Origin: a virus
IMG/VR virus record: IMGVR_UViG_3300008267_012518
Length of the DNA: 64,000 nt
Strand: one strand, 5' to 3'
Part shown: one piece after another, positions 37,029 to 46,754 of the stretch
Position numbering within the stretch: position 1 is the first letter of the stretch
How the letters are laid out: each line of letters begins with the position of its first letter
Notes under the pieces: model-generated
The model's database searches: none
What the model saw: the letters and a program-made list of their open reading frames with translations, nothing else
What the model was told of the DNA's origin: nothing
Program-made: the position numbers and the translations under genes

Positions 37029-39140
37029 CTATTGAGGATTATTTTTCTTCCTTCCCTTCTTTTTCAAAATCTCAATCTCAGTCACATCTTTATCTTTGTT
37101 ATATTTCAAGACAAGTTCTTGTGTTGGTTTCAAGTTTTTATCAATAATAAACTCCGTAACATAATCATCAACCCATTTCTGTATTGCTCTTTTTAAAGGT
37201 CTTGCTCCATATTCTTGATCATAACCAACCGTAATAAGATGTTCCTTCAGAGAATCCTCTATTGTCAATTCAAATCCCAAATCTTTTGATCTAGTAAGTG
37301 TTTTGTTTAATTCCAATTCAACAATTTTGGAAATATTATCTTTACTTAAGTCCTTAAAATAAATTATTTCATCCAATCTATTAATAAATTCCGGTGCGAA
37401 TTTTTTCTTAAGTTCTTTCTCAAGAAGATCTTTCATATCTTGATCCTTCGATTCTTCTTTCGACTTAGTTGTGAAACCAATCCCTCCACCAAAATCTTTT
37501 GCTATCTTTGTTCCGACGTTAGAGGTCATAAGAATGACACAGTTTTTGAAACTAACCTTACGACCATGAGAATCGGTCATAAATCCATCATCAAGAACTT
37601 GTAGGAATAAATTGAAGATGTCGGTGTGAGCTTTTTCTATTTCATCAAACAAAACTACGGAATATGGTTTTCTTCTTATCTTATCCAAAAAGTTTGAATC
37701 ATCATAACCAACATAACCTGGTGCCGCACCTTGAATTCGGGAGAGATTAATTTTTTCTTGAAACTCTGACATATCCAACCTAAGTAGGGAATCCTCACTG
37801 TCGAAAAGATATTTAGCCAATTGTTTAGCTAGTTCTGTCTTACCAACACCCGAATTACCAATCAGTATACCCGAAAAAAGAGGTTTATTTGGGTCCTTGA
37901 GGCCAACTCTGGCCCTTTGGATGGCTTTTACTACTTTCGATACTGCATCGTCTTGTCCAATTACTTTACCCCTTATCTCTGACGGCATCTTGGACAACTT
38001 TTCATTTTCCTTTACTCCTACTCTTTGTAATGGTATTCCAGTCATCATAGAGACTACTTCAGCAACATTATCTTCTGTAACTGGTTGTCTATTAACCTTT
38101 TGTTCTTCATCCCATTTGACCCTAGCTTCATCGAGGTTCAAATTTAGTTGTCTTTCTACGTCACGTAATTTAGCAGCTTCCTCATATTTCTGACTTCTTA
38201 CCACTAGGGTTTTTTTATCTTTGATTTCTTGAATTTTATTTTCAATGTCAGTGATTTCTTTTGGGACAAGGATATTAGAAATATGAACTCTTGAACCTGC
38301 TTCATCCAGAGCATCGATGGCTTTGTCGGGTAAAAATCTATCTGACATAAATCTTGATGTTAGTTCAACACAAGCTTTTACCGCATCATCTGAGTAAATA
38401 ACATTGTGGTGGTCTTCATATTTGTCTTTGATGTTATTGATGATTTGAATTGTTTCTTCTTCAGTGGCCGGTTCCACGACCACTTTTTGAAACCTTCGTT
38501 CTAATGCACCATCCTTTTCGATGTGTTTTCGGTATTCATCTAAAGTAGTTGCACCAATTATCTGGAGTTCTCCTCTAGCCAAAGCTGGTTTAAACATATT
38601 GGAAGCATCCAAAGAACCTGAAGAACCACCAGCTCCTATGATAGTGTGTATTTCATCAATAAACAAAATCACATCTGGTTCCTTTTCTAATTCTAACATC
38701 AAAGCTTTTACTCTTTCCTCAAATTGTCCGCGGTATTTAGTACCGGCGACCATAGAACCTATATCCAAAAGGACAATTCGTTTATTGAAAAGTACTCTTG
38801 AAACTTTTTTCTGTATGATCCTAAGTGCAAGACCCTCAGCTATAGAGGATTTACCAACACCTGGTTCACCGATTAACATAGGATTGTTTTTTTTCCTTCT
38901 ACCAAGGATCTGTGAAACTCTTTCGATTTCTTTTTCTCTCCCTATTATAGGATCAATTTTTCCTTCTTCAGCAGATTTTGTAAGGTCTCTACCAAATGTA
39001 TCCAATACCGGTGTTTTGGACTTAGTTTCGGTGACTTTCTTAGAAGATTTGAATTTATCATCTGACTCATCATCATCAGATAACGACGAGGTGATTTTAA
39101 TAAAATCATCGTAATGATTTTGATTGATAATTTTATCCAT
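37029..39140 (-). CDS. clpC: ClpC-type AAA+ chaperone lacking the Clp N-domain
   Basis: GEPGVGKS, FIDEIH, GATTLDEYR, UVR coil YEEAAKLRD, GNSGVGKTE, DEIEKAH, GARPLKR. Confidence 0.9.
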   Translation of the reverse strand: MDKIINQNHYDDFIKITSSLSDDDESDDKFKSSKKVTETKSKTPVLDTFGRDLTKSAEEGKIDPIIGREKEIERVSQILGRRKKNNPMLIGEPGVGKSSIAEGLALRIIQKKVSRVLFNKRIVLLDIGSMVAGTKYRGQFEERVKALMLELEKEPDVILFIDEIHTIIGAGGSSGSLDASNMFKPALARGELQIIGATTLDEYRKHIEKDGALERRFQKVVVEPATEEETIQIINNIKDKYEDHHNVIYSDDAVKACVELTSRFMSDRFLPDKAIDALDEAGSRVHISNILVPKEITDIENKIQEIKDKKTLVVRSQKYEEAAKLRDVERQLNLNLDEARVKWDEEQKVNRQPVTEDNVAEVVSMMTGIPLQRVGVKENEKLSKMPSEIRGKVIGQDDAVSKVVKAIQRARVGLKDPNKPLFSGILIGNSGVGKTELAKQLAKYLFDSEDSLLRLDMSEFQEKINLSRIQGAAPGYVGYDDSNFLDKIRRKPYSVVLFDEIEKAHTDIFNLFLQVLDDGFMTDSHGRKVSFKNCVILMTSNVGTKIAKDFGGGIGFTTKSKEESKDQDMKDLLEKELKKKFAPEFINRLDEIIYFKDLSKDNISKIVELELNKTLTRSKDLGFELTIEDSLKEHLITVGYDQEYGARPLKRAIQKWVDDYVTEFIIDKNLKPTQELVLKYNKDKDVTEIEILKKKGRKKNNPQ

Positions 39141-39162
39141 TAATTAAATTAATTTTATGGAG

Positions 39163-39190
39163 TTTATAGAACTAAAATCTGAAAAAGTTT
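39163..39190 (-). promoter_or_regulatory. Putative phage-sigma promoter AAACTT-N16-TATAAA (clpC and downstream glycan genes)
   Basis: aaactt tttcagattttagttc tataaa. Confidence 0.6.
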
Positions 39191-39237
39191 CTTTGTGATT
39201 TCAAGTTCAAATTTCTGAATTAAAAAATAAAAAATAA

Positions 39238-39735
39238 TTAGTTTGAAATAGGAATTAATTTATCTTTGTATAGTACAAATTCCTTGGTATAAACAACCTT
39301 GCCCGAATGAGAATAAAGATTGACTAATAATTTCATCTTATCTTTACGTCCAAATATTGATTTGATTGATAGAAGTTCAGTTTTCATGTAAATACTCTCA
39401 ATCTCATCTTCTTTCAGATAATAATTATCAACATCCAATTCTTTAGAGTAAACTTTTGAAATTTCAAAGTCGTATATTCTCAAGATCTTGAACCACCAAA
39501 AATCATGTAACCAATCCCAAAAAGTTCTTTTTGTTTTGACTTTAGTAATGTCTTTTATTTCTATATGTGAAAGACAATCAGACATCCTTACGTCTATCTC
39601 AAAAAAAATAGTGCCATCATTTGATAAAGCACTATAATTTTCTACGTATATTTTTGGTGGGTGTCTACCTATTTTCTGACCTGATGATGTAAATGATCTA
39701 AGGGTTAGTATTACAAATAGGAGGTAGTATTTCAT
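39238..39735 (-). CDS. Hypothetical exported protein (165 aa)
   Basis: Signal-peptide-like N-terminus MKYYLLFVILTL. Confidence 0.65.
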   Translation of the reverse strand: MKYYLLFVILTLRSFTSSGQKIGRHPPKIYVENYSALSNDGTIFFEIDVRMSDCLSHIEIKDITKVKTKRTFWDWLHDFWWFKILRIYDFEISKVYSKELDVDNYYLKEDEIESIYMKTELLSIKSIFGRKDKMKLLVNLYSHSGKVVYTKEFVLYKDKLIPISN

Positions 39736-40214
39736 TCATCTTTTATGACTTTGTCAATTTGTTTATCTCTATATATTTCTGGTGCAATTTCGGATAAATC
39801 ATAATCCCAAATCTGACATGCCTCTTCTAAACCATAAGTAACAAAATTAATTTCCTTACCATCTTTGAACTCATAGAACCCACAATTATATCCCAAATCT
39901 TCATCAGCAAATGTAACCTCAAATATTAAGTCAGGATATCTTTCTGAAAGGGTACACATTAATTCATGTGGTGTTGACCAAGCGGTATCAAAACATATAT
40001 AACCGTTTTCATCTTCGTAAGTTTCATCCACATCCCATTTGGTCCCCCAATTTTCCACAGACCAATCATACCAACCATCACCAATATCTTTTGGTCTTGG
40101 TAGGATTTTTTCAAATGAAATATGTTGACAATCACTCGCAATATCAAGTGTACATTGTTTGACCTTATCCGAAGGTCCATGTATAAATAATTTGTTTCTA
40201 ACCCAGTTTGGCAT
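39732..40214 (-). CDS. DUF1281/YubB-like protein
   Basis: MPNWVRNKL, WYDWSVENWGTKWD, FDTAWSTP. Confidence 0.75.
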   Translation of the reverse strand: MPNWVRNKLFIHGPSDKVKQCTLDIASDCQHISFEKILPRPKDIGDGWYDWSVENWGTKWDVDETYEDENGYICFDTAWSTPHELMCTLSERYPDLIFEVTFADEDLGYNCGFYEFKDGKEINFVTYGLEEACQIWDYDLSEIAPEIYRDKQIDKVIKDE

Positions 40215-40218
40215 AATA

Positions 40219-40692
40219 TTAAAGATTTATGATTTTGTCGAATCCTTCGTCATTTGTTACTGTTTCCCAATTATCCAACATATTCCGTATGACTGATATT
40301 GGTATGTGCTTATTTTCTTTTTCTTTTCTTATGATATTTCTATTGTTATATTCTTCGAGATCTAATTTTGGAAATACAATTGCAATCTTCTCATACTCTG
40401 AAGATGGAAACTTTGATAGGTGTCGATGTCTACTCTTTTTTGTTAGATTGGTCATGTTTATTACTACGAATTTCCTGTCATTTATACACTGGTTTATTTT
40501 ATCATTTAACAGTTTGTCCACCTCTCTTGGATTCACTTCCAAGAATGCCTGTGAGTAGTTATTATTTTTATGTAGAGACATCAATATATCGTCTCTACTT
40601 ATGATTTGGTGGTTAGAATAAATACCGGTCCTAAGGTAAGTGTCCTTTCCACTAAGGGGTGGTCCTATTAATAGTATTACTCTTGGTTTCAT
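40219..40692 (-). CDS. P-loop kinase (AAA_33 / PNK kinase-domain-like); start reassigned to 40692
   Basis: LIGPPLSGKDT, SRDD, NMTNLTKKSR, RNIIR; ATG follows a Bacteroidota-type promoter. Confidence 0.75.
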   Translation of the reverse strand: MKPRVILLIGPPLSGKDTYLRTGIYSNHQIISRDDILMSLHKNNNYSQAFLEVNPREVDKLLNDKINQCINDRKFVVINMTNLTKKSRHRHLSKFPSSEYEKIAIVFPKLDLEEYNNRNIIRKEKENKHIPISVIRNMLDNWETVTNDEGFDKIINL

Positions 40693-40695
40693 ATA

Positions 40696-40726
40696 CAAAT
40701 ATAAAAATAAAATCTGAATTATCAAA
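40696..40726 (-). promoter_or_regulatory. Bacteroidota housekeeping-sigma promoter TTTG-N19-TATATTTG
   Basis: Matches -33 TTTG / -7 TAnnTTTG consensus; ATG 3 nt downstream (near-leaderless). Confidence 0.7.
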
Positions 40727-40737
40727 ATCATGTAACA

Positions 40738-41904
40738 TCATGATATACTATTATATTTTATTTCTGTCTCGATCCAATCGTTTAAACTTGATATGTATTC
40801 ACTGATTTCTTTTCTTTTTAAGATAATATCTTTATCATTTAGGTTTTTAATTACTAAATTATTCCCATCCCAGTGAATTTCGTCGTAGTCTATTTCAAGG
40901 TCTGTAAGTAGTTTGTCAATTCTTGACTTTTCATTTGCTAATCTTGCAACATGGGGTTTTACTTCTATAATTTCAAAGGTGTTGTAGTTATATTTAACTA
41001 ATGTTTCGTGTCCATAGTATTCCGTGTCAAGTACAGTGGTTTTAACTTCTGTTGGTAAATCAGAACCTAAACTTTCATCTGAGTAAGATTTGTAAATTCT
41101 ATCACTATAAGAGTATCCAGTACCATAGTCAAAATCATCATCCAAATCATAGTAATTATTTTTGGTTATATCTCTATAAACTTTTAGATTATCCCAATCG
41201 ATTTTACAAACTACTTCACATAGTTTTTCAAGGTGTTTAATGTCTTGCTGTTCATATTTGGTATGTTCATTTTGATATCCAACTGATATATTTGTACACT
41301 CAGGATAAATATCTATAAATTGAGCTGAGTCTGTATAGATACCAGTAGAATCGGGTAGGTACTTAAAAGGTTTGTCAAAAATTTTTGATTTGTTGTTCAA
41401 CTCATTTGATAAGTCACTTGCAAAATTGAATGAACAGCTTCTGCCAGACAATTGGTGTGTAATGACTGAGTCATATCCTCTTCTATCAAATGATACTACT
41501 TTATTCACCCCTTCTATTGGGTTGTCTTTATGTAGATTAGCAACTTTTCTTGAACCTACACAACCCCTTTCCTCCCCTACAAAAAAATAATACAAACCTG
41601 GTACGTTTTTCTCTATTAGTGTCAAAAGTACTACAACACCTGCCTTATCATCAGCACCTAAGATAGAAGTACCATCTGAGTAAATCATATCCCCTTTGAT
41701 TAAATGATTTACCTCAACCGAATCATAAGAAGCGGTGTCTAGATGACTTGTAAACATAGTAGTTGGTTTATCTCCAATTTGATGATAAAGATTACCGAAT
41801 TGATCTTGTTTTAGAAAATTAGGTAAGAATTTTGATACTTCTATCTCAACACCATGTGGATATGTTTGTTTGGTGAGTTCAATAAATTTTTCTTTTACGT
41901 TCAT
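40738..41904 (-). CDS. M28/M20-family Zn peptidase-like protein
   Basis: SHLDT, ILGADDKAG, GEERG, FDRRG, NISVGYQNEHT. Confidence 0.8.
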   Translation of the reverse strand: MNVKEKFIELTKQTYPHGVEIEVSKFLPNFLKQDQFGNLYHQIGDKPTTMFTSHLDTASYDSVEVNHLIKGDMIYSDGTSILGADDKAGVVVLLTLIEKNVPGLYYFFVGEERGCVGSRKVANLHKDNPIEGVNKVVSFDRRGYDSVITHQLSGRSCSFNFASDLSNELNNKSKIFDKPFKYLPDSTGIYTDSAQFIDIYPECTNISVGYQNEHTKYEQQDIKHLEKLCEVVCKIDWDNLKVYRDITKNNYYDLDDDFDYGTGYSYSDRIYKSYSDESLGSDLPTEVKTTVLDTEYYGHETLVKYNYNTFEIIEVKPHVARLANEKSRIDKLLTDLEIDYDEIHWDGNNLVIKNLNDKDIILKRKEISEYISSLNDWIETEIKYNSIS

Positions 41905-41944
41905 ATTTTTTTTGTTCTACGATGAACACTCTTATTCATCTTTA

Positions 41945-41975
41945 CAAAGATAGTAATAAATATTTTAAATGTCAA
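41945..41975 (-). promoter_or_regulatory. Bacteroidota housekeeping-sigma promoter TTG-N20-TATCTTTG
   Basis: Reverse strand ttg acatttaaaatatttattac tatctttg; followed by hairpin gatgaa/ttcatc (41921-41940). Confidence 0.7.
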
Positions 41976-41983
41976 GATATATT

Positions 41984-41992
41984 TAATATATA
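41984..41992 (+). promoter_or_regulatory. Putative late promoter TAATATATA
   Basis: 6 nt before ATG 41999 of the neck-like gene. Confidence 0.55.
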
Positions 41993-41998
41993 TTTTAT

Positions 41999-44263
41999 AT
42001 GCTTCAAATAATCTCTGATCCTACGGAAGAAACCTTTAAGATTTACGAATCATGGTCACTCACAGCTACAATGAGTGCTGAGCTACCACCAGTTTTTGGA
42101 AGGATAGGTGACCAATATATTGTAGGTGTAACTGACTTAAACAATATCCTAAGTTTCAAAACCTTTAATTTCGATTACACTATGAAAACCGACAATAGGT
42201 TTCTTAAAACTTATTACCGCTTAAGTAGAGATACAGAAAACTGGACTGAATGGTATGATTTACCATCAACCATAAAGGAATTCCCACCTTTTAATGATGG
42301 TGATACACTTTCTTTGGATATAAAATTTGTTAGAGAGGGAAATTCTGAATATGGTTTAATAAAATTACTTAGTTGGTCAATAGATGGTCTTAAACAAAGA
42401 AATCAAACTGATGGGGAATCTAAAATCATATTGACTGAGGAAAACAATCAAGTAATAATCAAACCCCCCTTTATATTTAAAGTTTTCAAAATTGAAGACA
42501 TAGAAATTTTATCCTCTGACAAATCTTTGACCGATGTCTCAATAAAGTATAGATACTCACAGGATTATGGTAGAACTGTCACCAATTGGGAATACTTTAC
42601 CAAAGAAAATATAACAACCACAAAAATAAACCCAATTAGATTTTTTCAAATAGAGTATCTTTTGGAATATACAGGTAAAGGTCAAACAAAAATATTTGAT
42701 ATAAATTTAATAGGAGACTTTCAAAATGTTACCGAAGACTACAAGAAGAGTAATGTATATGGCATAAGGGAAAACTGTAATTGTGAAAGACTTGGAATTG
42801 TTGGAGATACAACATCGAGTACCACAACTCCGACCGGAGGTCAACCAAACCTATTGACACAAACAGAACCAACCAATGTCCTTCCAATATTGTCTAATGA
42901 CCAAATAAACTCATTATATAAACCCTATCAACTACCAAAGGCCACTGAACTTCTAACGAAAATGGTGAATGATGCTAATCAGATGTTTGGACATGAGGTA
43001 GTATACTTTATAACTGATCCTGACAAAAAGGGTATAGATCACACATTCCATGAATATCAATTATTTAACTATGTATGTGAAAGGTTAATTAAAGTGTCTG
43101 TGGAAAATAATCAATTTCCAGACAATCAAATAGTGATGAACCAATTTGATCTATCATTATTTGAAGCTTTTGAGGTCCATGTTCCAAAATTATTTTTTAA
43201 AGAACAATTCGGACCAGAAAAAAGACCGTCAAAAGAAGATTTTCTTTGGTTTTGTGAATTGAATAGAATGTTTATTGTTGAACATGCTCAACAGTTTAGG
43301 TCTTTCAACAATAATGCAGTCTATTACAAGTTACACCTCAAGAAATACGTACAAAAATCCAATGTCATTGGAGTTAATCAAACAATCACTGAGAAAGTTC
43401 AAGAACTTACTAAGAATTCAACAATCAATGAATTGTTTGGTCAAGAAAATACACTTGATAAAAAATCCGTATCCAACAAAGAGGAATTCAGACCGTTGAC
43501 TAGAGATATCACTAGGGTTAGTATAGTTGCTAATATAGTAAAACAATTGGTTGAAAATGCAGAATTAGTGATAAGTAAGTCTCACTATGATTTGTCCACT
43601 GTGACGTTTTCTGTTACACAGTCTTATCCAGCTGTAACTTACAGAAATATCAAAGATTATTTTGCACCAAGTGATAATTTATGTTATACTTGTTGGTTCA
43701 ATTTGAATAATTATATTAACGATGACAAATATAATTTTTTCAATTATTATGACAATTTGAATAATGTTGGATTAAATTTCCAATTGAAGTCAGATGAAAT
43801 ACAAATAAAAATAAACCAAAATAGTTACAGTTTCGAGCTTATGGGTGTAACTGGTGGATCCGAGGGTTTATATGAGGATACTTGGTATGCCTATTTGGTG
43901 AATATAGATCAAAGAAAGAGGGAACTAAGTCAGTATATTTATAAAAGGGATATAGAAGACGAAGACCTTGGGAGTAAAGTTAATTCCACTAAACTTAAAT
44001 TAATAAAGACCAAAACCCAAACTTTGTCTAATTTTGAATTTTCTATTGATAATATTCATGCGTCTATTCTCTCAAGTGATATGAGGATAACCAACATAAG
44101 ACTTCTTTCAGAAGTGATACCTATTAACCAACATTCAATTTTCTTAAACCAATATCACCTAAGAGACGACACAAAATATTTAATTTTTGGGGATAATGCG
44201 AATCAAAGATTAAGTTTACCTTATATGCCATTAAATCAAGTTGGTAGCAATGATGTTGGATAA
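41999..44263 (+). CDS. Virion protein with central T4 gp14-like neck domain and C-terminal LamG/ConA-like domain
   Basis: MFGHEVVYF...NQFDLSLFEAFEVHVPKLFFKEQFGPEKRPSKEDFLWFCELNRMFIV resembles gp14; C-term TCWFNL, WYAYLVN, ITNIRL. Confidence 0.6.
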   Translation: MLQIISDPTEETFKIYESWSLTATMSAELPPVFGRIGDQYIVGVTDLNNILSFKTFNFDYTMKTDNRFLKTYYRLSRDTENWTEWYDLPSTIKEFPPFNDGDTLSLDIKFVREGNSEYGLIKLLSWSIDGLKQRNQTDGESKIILTEENNQVIIKPPFIFKVFKIEDIEILSSDKSLTDVSIKYRYSQDYGRTVTNWEYFTKENITTTKINPIRFFQIEYLLEYTGKGQTKIFDINLIGDFQNVTEDYKKSNVYGIRENCNCERLGIVGDTTSSTTTPTGGQPNLLTQTEPTNVLPILSNDQINSLYKPYQLPKATELLTKMVNDANQMFGHEVVYFITDPDKKGIDHTFHEYQLFNYVCERLIKVSVENNQFPDNQIVMNQFDLSLFEAFEVHVPKLFFKEQFGPEKRPSKEDFLWFCELNRMFIVEHAQQFRSFNNNAVYYKLHLKKYVQKSNVIGVNQTITEKVQELTKNSTINELFGQENTLDKKSVSNKEEFRPLTRDITRVSIVANIVKQLVENAELVISKSHYDLSTVTFSVTQSYPAVTYRNIKDYFAPSDNLCYTCWFNLNNYINDDKYNFFNYYDNLNNVGLNFQLKSDEIQIKINQNSYSFELMGVTGGSEGLYEDTWYAYLVNIDQRKRELSQYIYKRDIEDEDLGSKVNSTKLKLIKTKTQTLSNFEFSIDNIHASILSSDMRITNIRLLSEVIPINQHSIFLNQYHLRDDTKYLIFGDNANQRLSLPYMPLNQVGSNDVG

Positions 44264-44281
44264 TTTTTTTCAAAATTGGAA

Positions 44282-44313
44282 AAACTTCTGTTTTTTGTTG
44301 TGATATATATTTG
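44282..44313 (+). promoter_or_regulatory. Overlapping AAACTT-N16-TATATA and TATATTTG promoter elements
   Basis: Both motifs seen upstream of the synthetase-like gene. Confidence 0.45.
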
Positions 44314-44360
44314 AACAGAAATTGATTGGTCAACTCAGATCAATCAAAAAAAAAATTTCT

Positions 44361-45206
44361 ATGTTTAACACACAAACTTATCACACTCTCGTACAGAAGA
44401 TGCGAGAATTTTTTTTGCAAAAAGGTTTCTATGAGGTACCTACACAATCAAGATTATCAATCTTGGCAGCTTGTGAAAATCCTCATTCAATTACAACATA
44501 TAACTATCAAGGTCTAGTTTGGCCACTACCCCAAACAGGCCAAATGTGGTTAGAGTATGAGTTACTAAAAAACCCCGAGTGGAAAGGATGTTTCTGTATC
44601 TCAACTTCCTATCGACAAGAAAAAAACCCAATTCCTGGTCGTCACGAATTAATTTTCCCAATGTTCGAATTTGAATCCAAAGGAACTATGGAAGATATGT
44701 TGAGACTTGAAAGTGAATTACTAACTCATTTGGGTTTTGATAGTCCAGTGGAAGTTAAGTATGACGATGTTTGTCAAGAGTATGGTGGTGTTCCGATCTT
44801 GGAAAATGAACATGAACAAAGGATGTGGGATGAAAAGGGTCCTGTTATATCACTTCAACATTTCCCTTTGAGGACTAATCCGTTTTGGAATATGAGACAT
44901 AACGATAATGGAATTTTCAATAAAGTAGATGTTATTCTATATGGTCAAGAGACCATTGGTTCGGCCGAAAGGAGTTCTGATATTGAAAAAATGAGAGAAA
45001 TGTTCTACACAATCGAAGATGGAAAATATTCTGAAAAACTTTTTGAATTATTTGGAAAAGATAGAGTTGAAAAGGAATTAGAAGATTTTTTCAAACATGA
45101 CTTCTTTCCAAGATTTGGTGGTGGTATAGGAATGACCAGAATGGCTAGAGCCTACGAAATGCTACAAAAAGATAAATTAGTTGAGTCTGTACTCGAAGAA
45201 GCATAA
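44361..45206 (+). CDS. Asp/Asn-tRNA synthetase catalytic-domain paralogue (no anticodon domain; asparagine-synthetase-like); start reassigned to ATG 44361
   Basis: REFFLQKGFYEV (motif 1), LPQTGQMWLE, SYRQE...RH (motif 2), ETIGSAER, GGGIGMTR (motif 3); 281 aa. Confidence 0.8.
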   Translation: MFNTQTYHTLVQKMREFFLQKGFYEVPTQSRLSILAACENPHSITTYNYQGLVWPLPQTGQMWLEYELLKNPEWKGCFCISTSYRQEKNPIPGRHELIFPMFEFESKGTMEDMLRLESELLTHLGFDSPVEVKYDDVCQEYGGVPILENEHEQRMWDEKGPVISLQHFPLRTNPFWNMRHNDNGIFNKVDVILYGQETIGSAERSSDIEKMREMFYTIEDGKYSEKLFELFGKDRVEKELEDFFKHDFFPRFGGGIGMTRMARAYEMLQKDKLVESVLEEA

Positions 45207-45207
45207 T

Positions 45208-45236
45208 AAAAAAGGGGGATAAATTCCCCCTTTTTT
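45208..45236. terminator. Bidirectional intrinsic terminator
   Basis: aaaaaaggggga-taaat-tccccctttttt between convergent genes. Confidence 0.85.
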
Positions 45237-45999
45237 ATTTTAAGTCGGTTGAGAAATACATCATGTTATGTTTTGCTAAACGAAAACTTCCACCGTTGTA
45301 GTCAACTAATGACAACAACCAAGCCCTTTCGTTATTGTTACCCGAGGTCTTATGTACTTCATATTGTTCTCTTAAGTGATAGGAGGCAACTCTGATATCA
45401 TCAATAAGATGGTGGTTTGTCTTACCTATTTTATTCAAAATATATTTTCTAGTACAAGGCATAATCTGTGGTATACCTTTTGCACCAGAGTTTTTATTGG
45501 TGATATTACAAAAACCAGATTCTTGGTCTAAAAGTCTGAAGAATATACTTGCTGGTATCTTATTTGAGTTTATCTCCGAAACAATTGTGAAAAAAACTTC
45601 ATCCGAAAGTTTCTGTAAATTTACATAGTTTTTTACTTTGTATTTTGAATGAGCTAGATATTCGATATATCTTCTCTCCTCCCTAAGTTTGTCAAAATCC
45701 AAATTGTCGATTGACTTATTAATAAAACTTTTCTTGACTACTACAACTGTTTTTTCTGATGCTGTAATTCTTCCGAATGTAAAAAAAGTCAGACATAATA
45801 ATATTGGAATCAATATTATCGATAAGATAAACTTATTATGTCTGATAACCATTATCAATGAGTTTTGAGATCTATAGTCTGGGTAAATTACCCAACTCAG
45901 TAGAGATATGAATTGTATCTTTATATTTTCCTCGAACCATTTACTTTTGAATGTAGATGTAAGTAACCAATGATGGAATTTAATGAGGTCATAATTCAT
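45235..45999 (-). CDS. Lytic transglycosylase (SLT) with N-terminal hydrophobic segment; alternative start 45852
   Basis: LDQESGF (catalytic E), SGAKGIPQIMPCT, DYNGG; TM-like FILSIILIPILLCLTFFTF. Confidence 0.75.
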   Translation of the reverse strand: MNYDLIKFHHWLLTSTFKSKWFEENIKIQFISLLSWVIYPDYRSQNSLIMVIRHNKFILSIILIPILLCLTFFTFGRITASEKTVVVVKKSFINKSIDNLDFDKLREERRYIEYLAHSKYKVKNYVNLQKLSDEVFFTIVSEINSNKIPASIFFRLLDQESGFCNITNKNSGAKGIPQIMPCTRKYILNKIGKTNHHLIDDIRVASYHLREQYEVHKTSGNNNERAWLLSLVDYNGGSFRLAKHNMMYFSTDLK

Positions 46000-46015
46000 A
46001 AGGTTAAATTAATTT

Positions 46016-46750
46016 TTAATAAGGATATAGATGATAAATTTCATTTATATCCAGTAAATGATGGTCAACTTCATTGTGAGTTTCTAATTTACTCTTATGA
46101 AAATGACCATAAAAATGTTTCTTGATTTTATTATTTTCGTATATGTCAAGAAATATATTTGTCATTAGATTTCTTTCAAATGAAAGATCTCCAATTAAAC
46201 CACTATCATGTTTTGACCAATCCTCAACAAAGGAACCAAACCCAAGTTTATTACATGGATCGCACCAATCGGGTGCTGTGTGGGTTATGATAATATCAAT
46301 ATCTTTTAAGTTCTTAGTAATTTCGGGATTATATACGATACCCTCCTTTTCCCAATAACATCTTTTTCTACTTCCGTATTTGATGTTACTATTATTTTCC
46401 TTAATTCTTTGGGTCCTATCAACACTAATAGCACCACCAATAAATAAGAATTTGTAACCTTCTAAATTAAGGGTGGTGTAGTCTGGTAAAAGTTTCAAAT
46501 GACTAAAATCATAGTCACCATTGAAGAAACCTGGACTATCATGGTTTCCTCGAATAGCGAGCAAGGTAACATTAACATCCTTCAAGAAGTCATTAAGATT
46601 CTTCAAAGTTTGTTCATCATTTTCCTTGTAACTAAACCCAATTCCAAAATCACCAACTTGAATAATAGTACAATCAGTAATTTGTTTAGAGTGGATTTGA
46701 TGTTTGAGGAAATTGAAATTTCCGTGTATGTCGCCTAATAATAAAACCAT
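46016..46750 (-). CDS. Calcineurin-like metallophosphoesterase
   Basis: GDIHG, QVGDFG, RGNHD, ITHTAP, FYGHFH. Confidence 0.9.
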   Translation of the reverse strand: MVLLLGDIHGNFNFLKHQIHSKQITDCTIIQVGDFGIGFSYKENDEQTLKNLNDFLKDVNVTLLAIRGNHDSPGFFNGDYDFSHLKLLPDYTTLNLEGYKFLFIGGAISVDRTQRIKENNSNIKYGSRKRCYWEKEGIVYNPEITKNLKDIDIIITHTAPDWCDPCNKLGFGSFVEDWSKHDSGLIGDLSFERNLMTNIFLDIYENNKIKKHFYGHFHKSKLETHNEVDHHLLDINEIYHLYPY

Positions 46751-46754
46751 ATTG

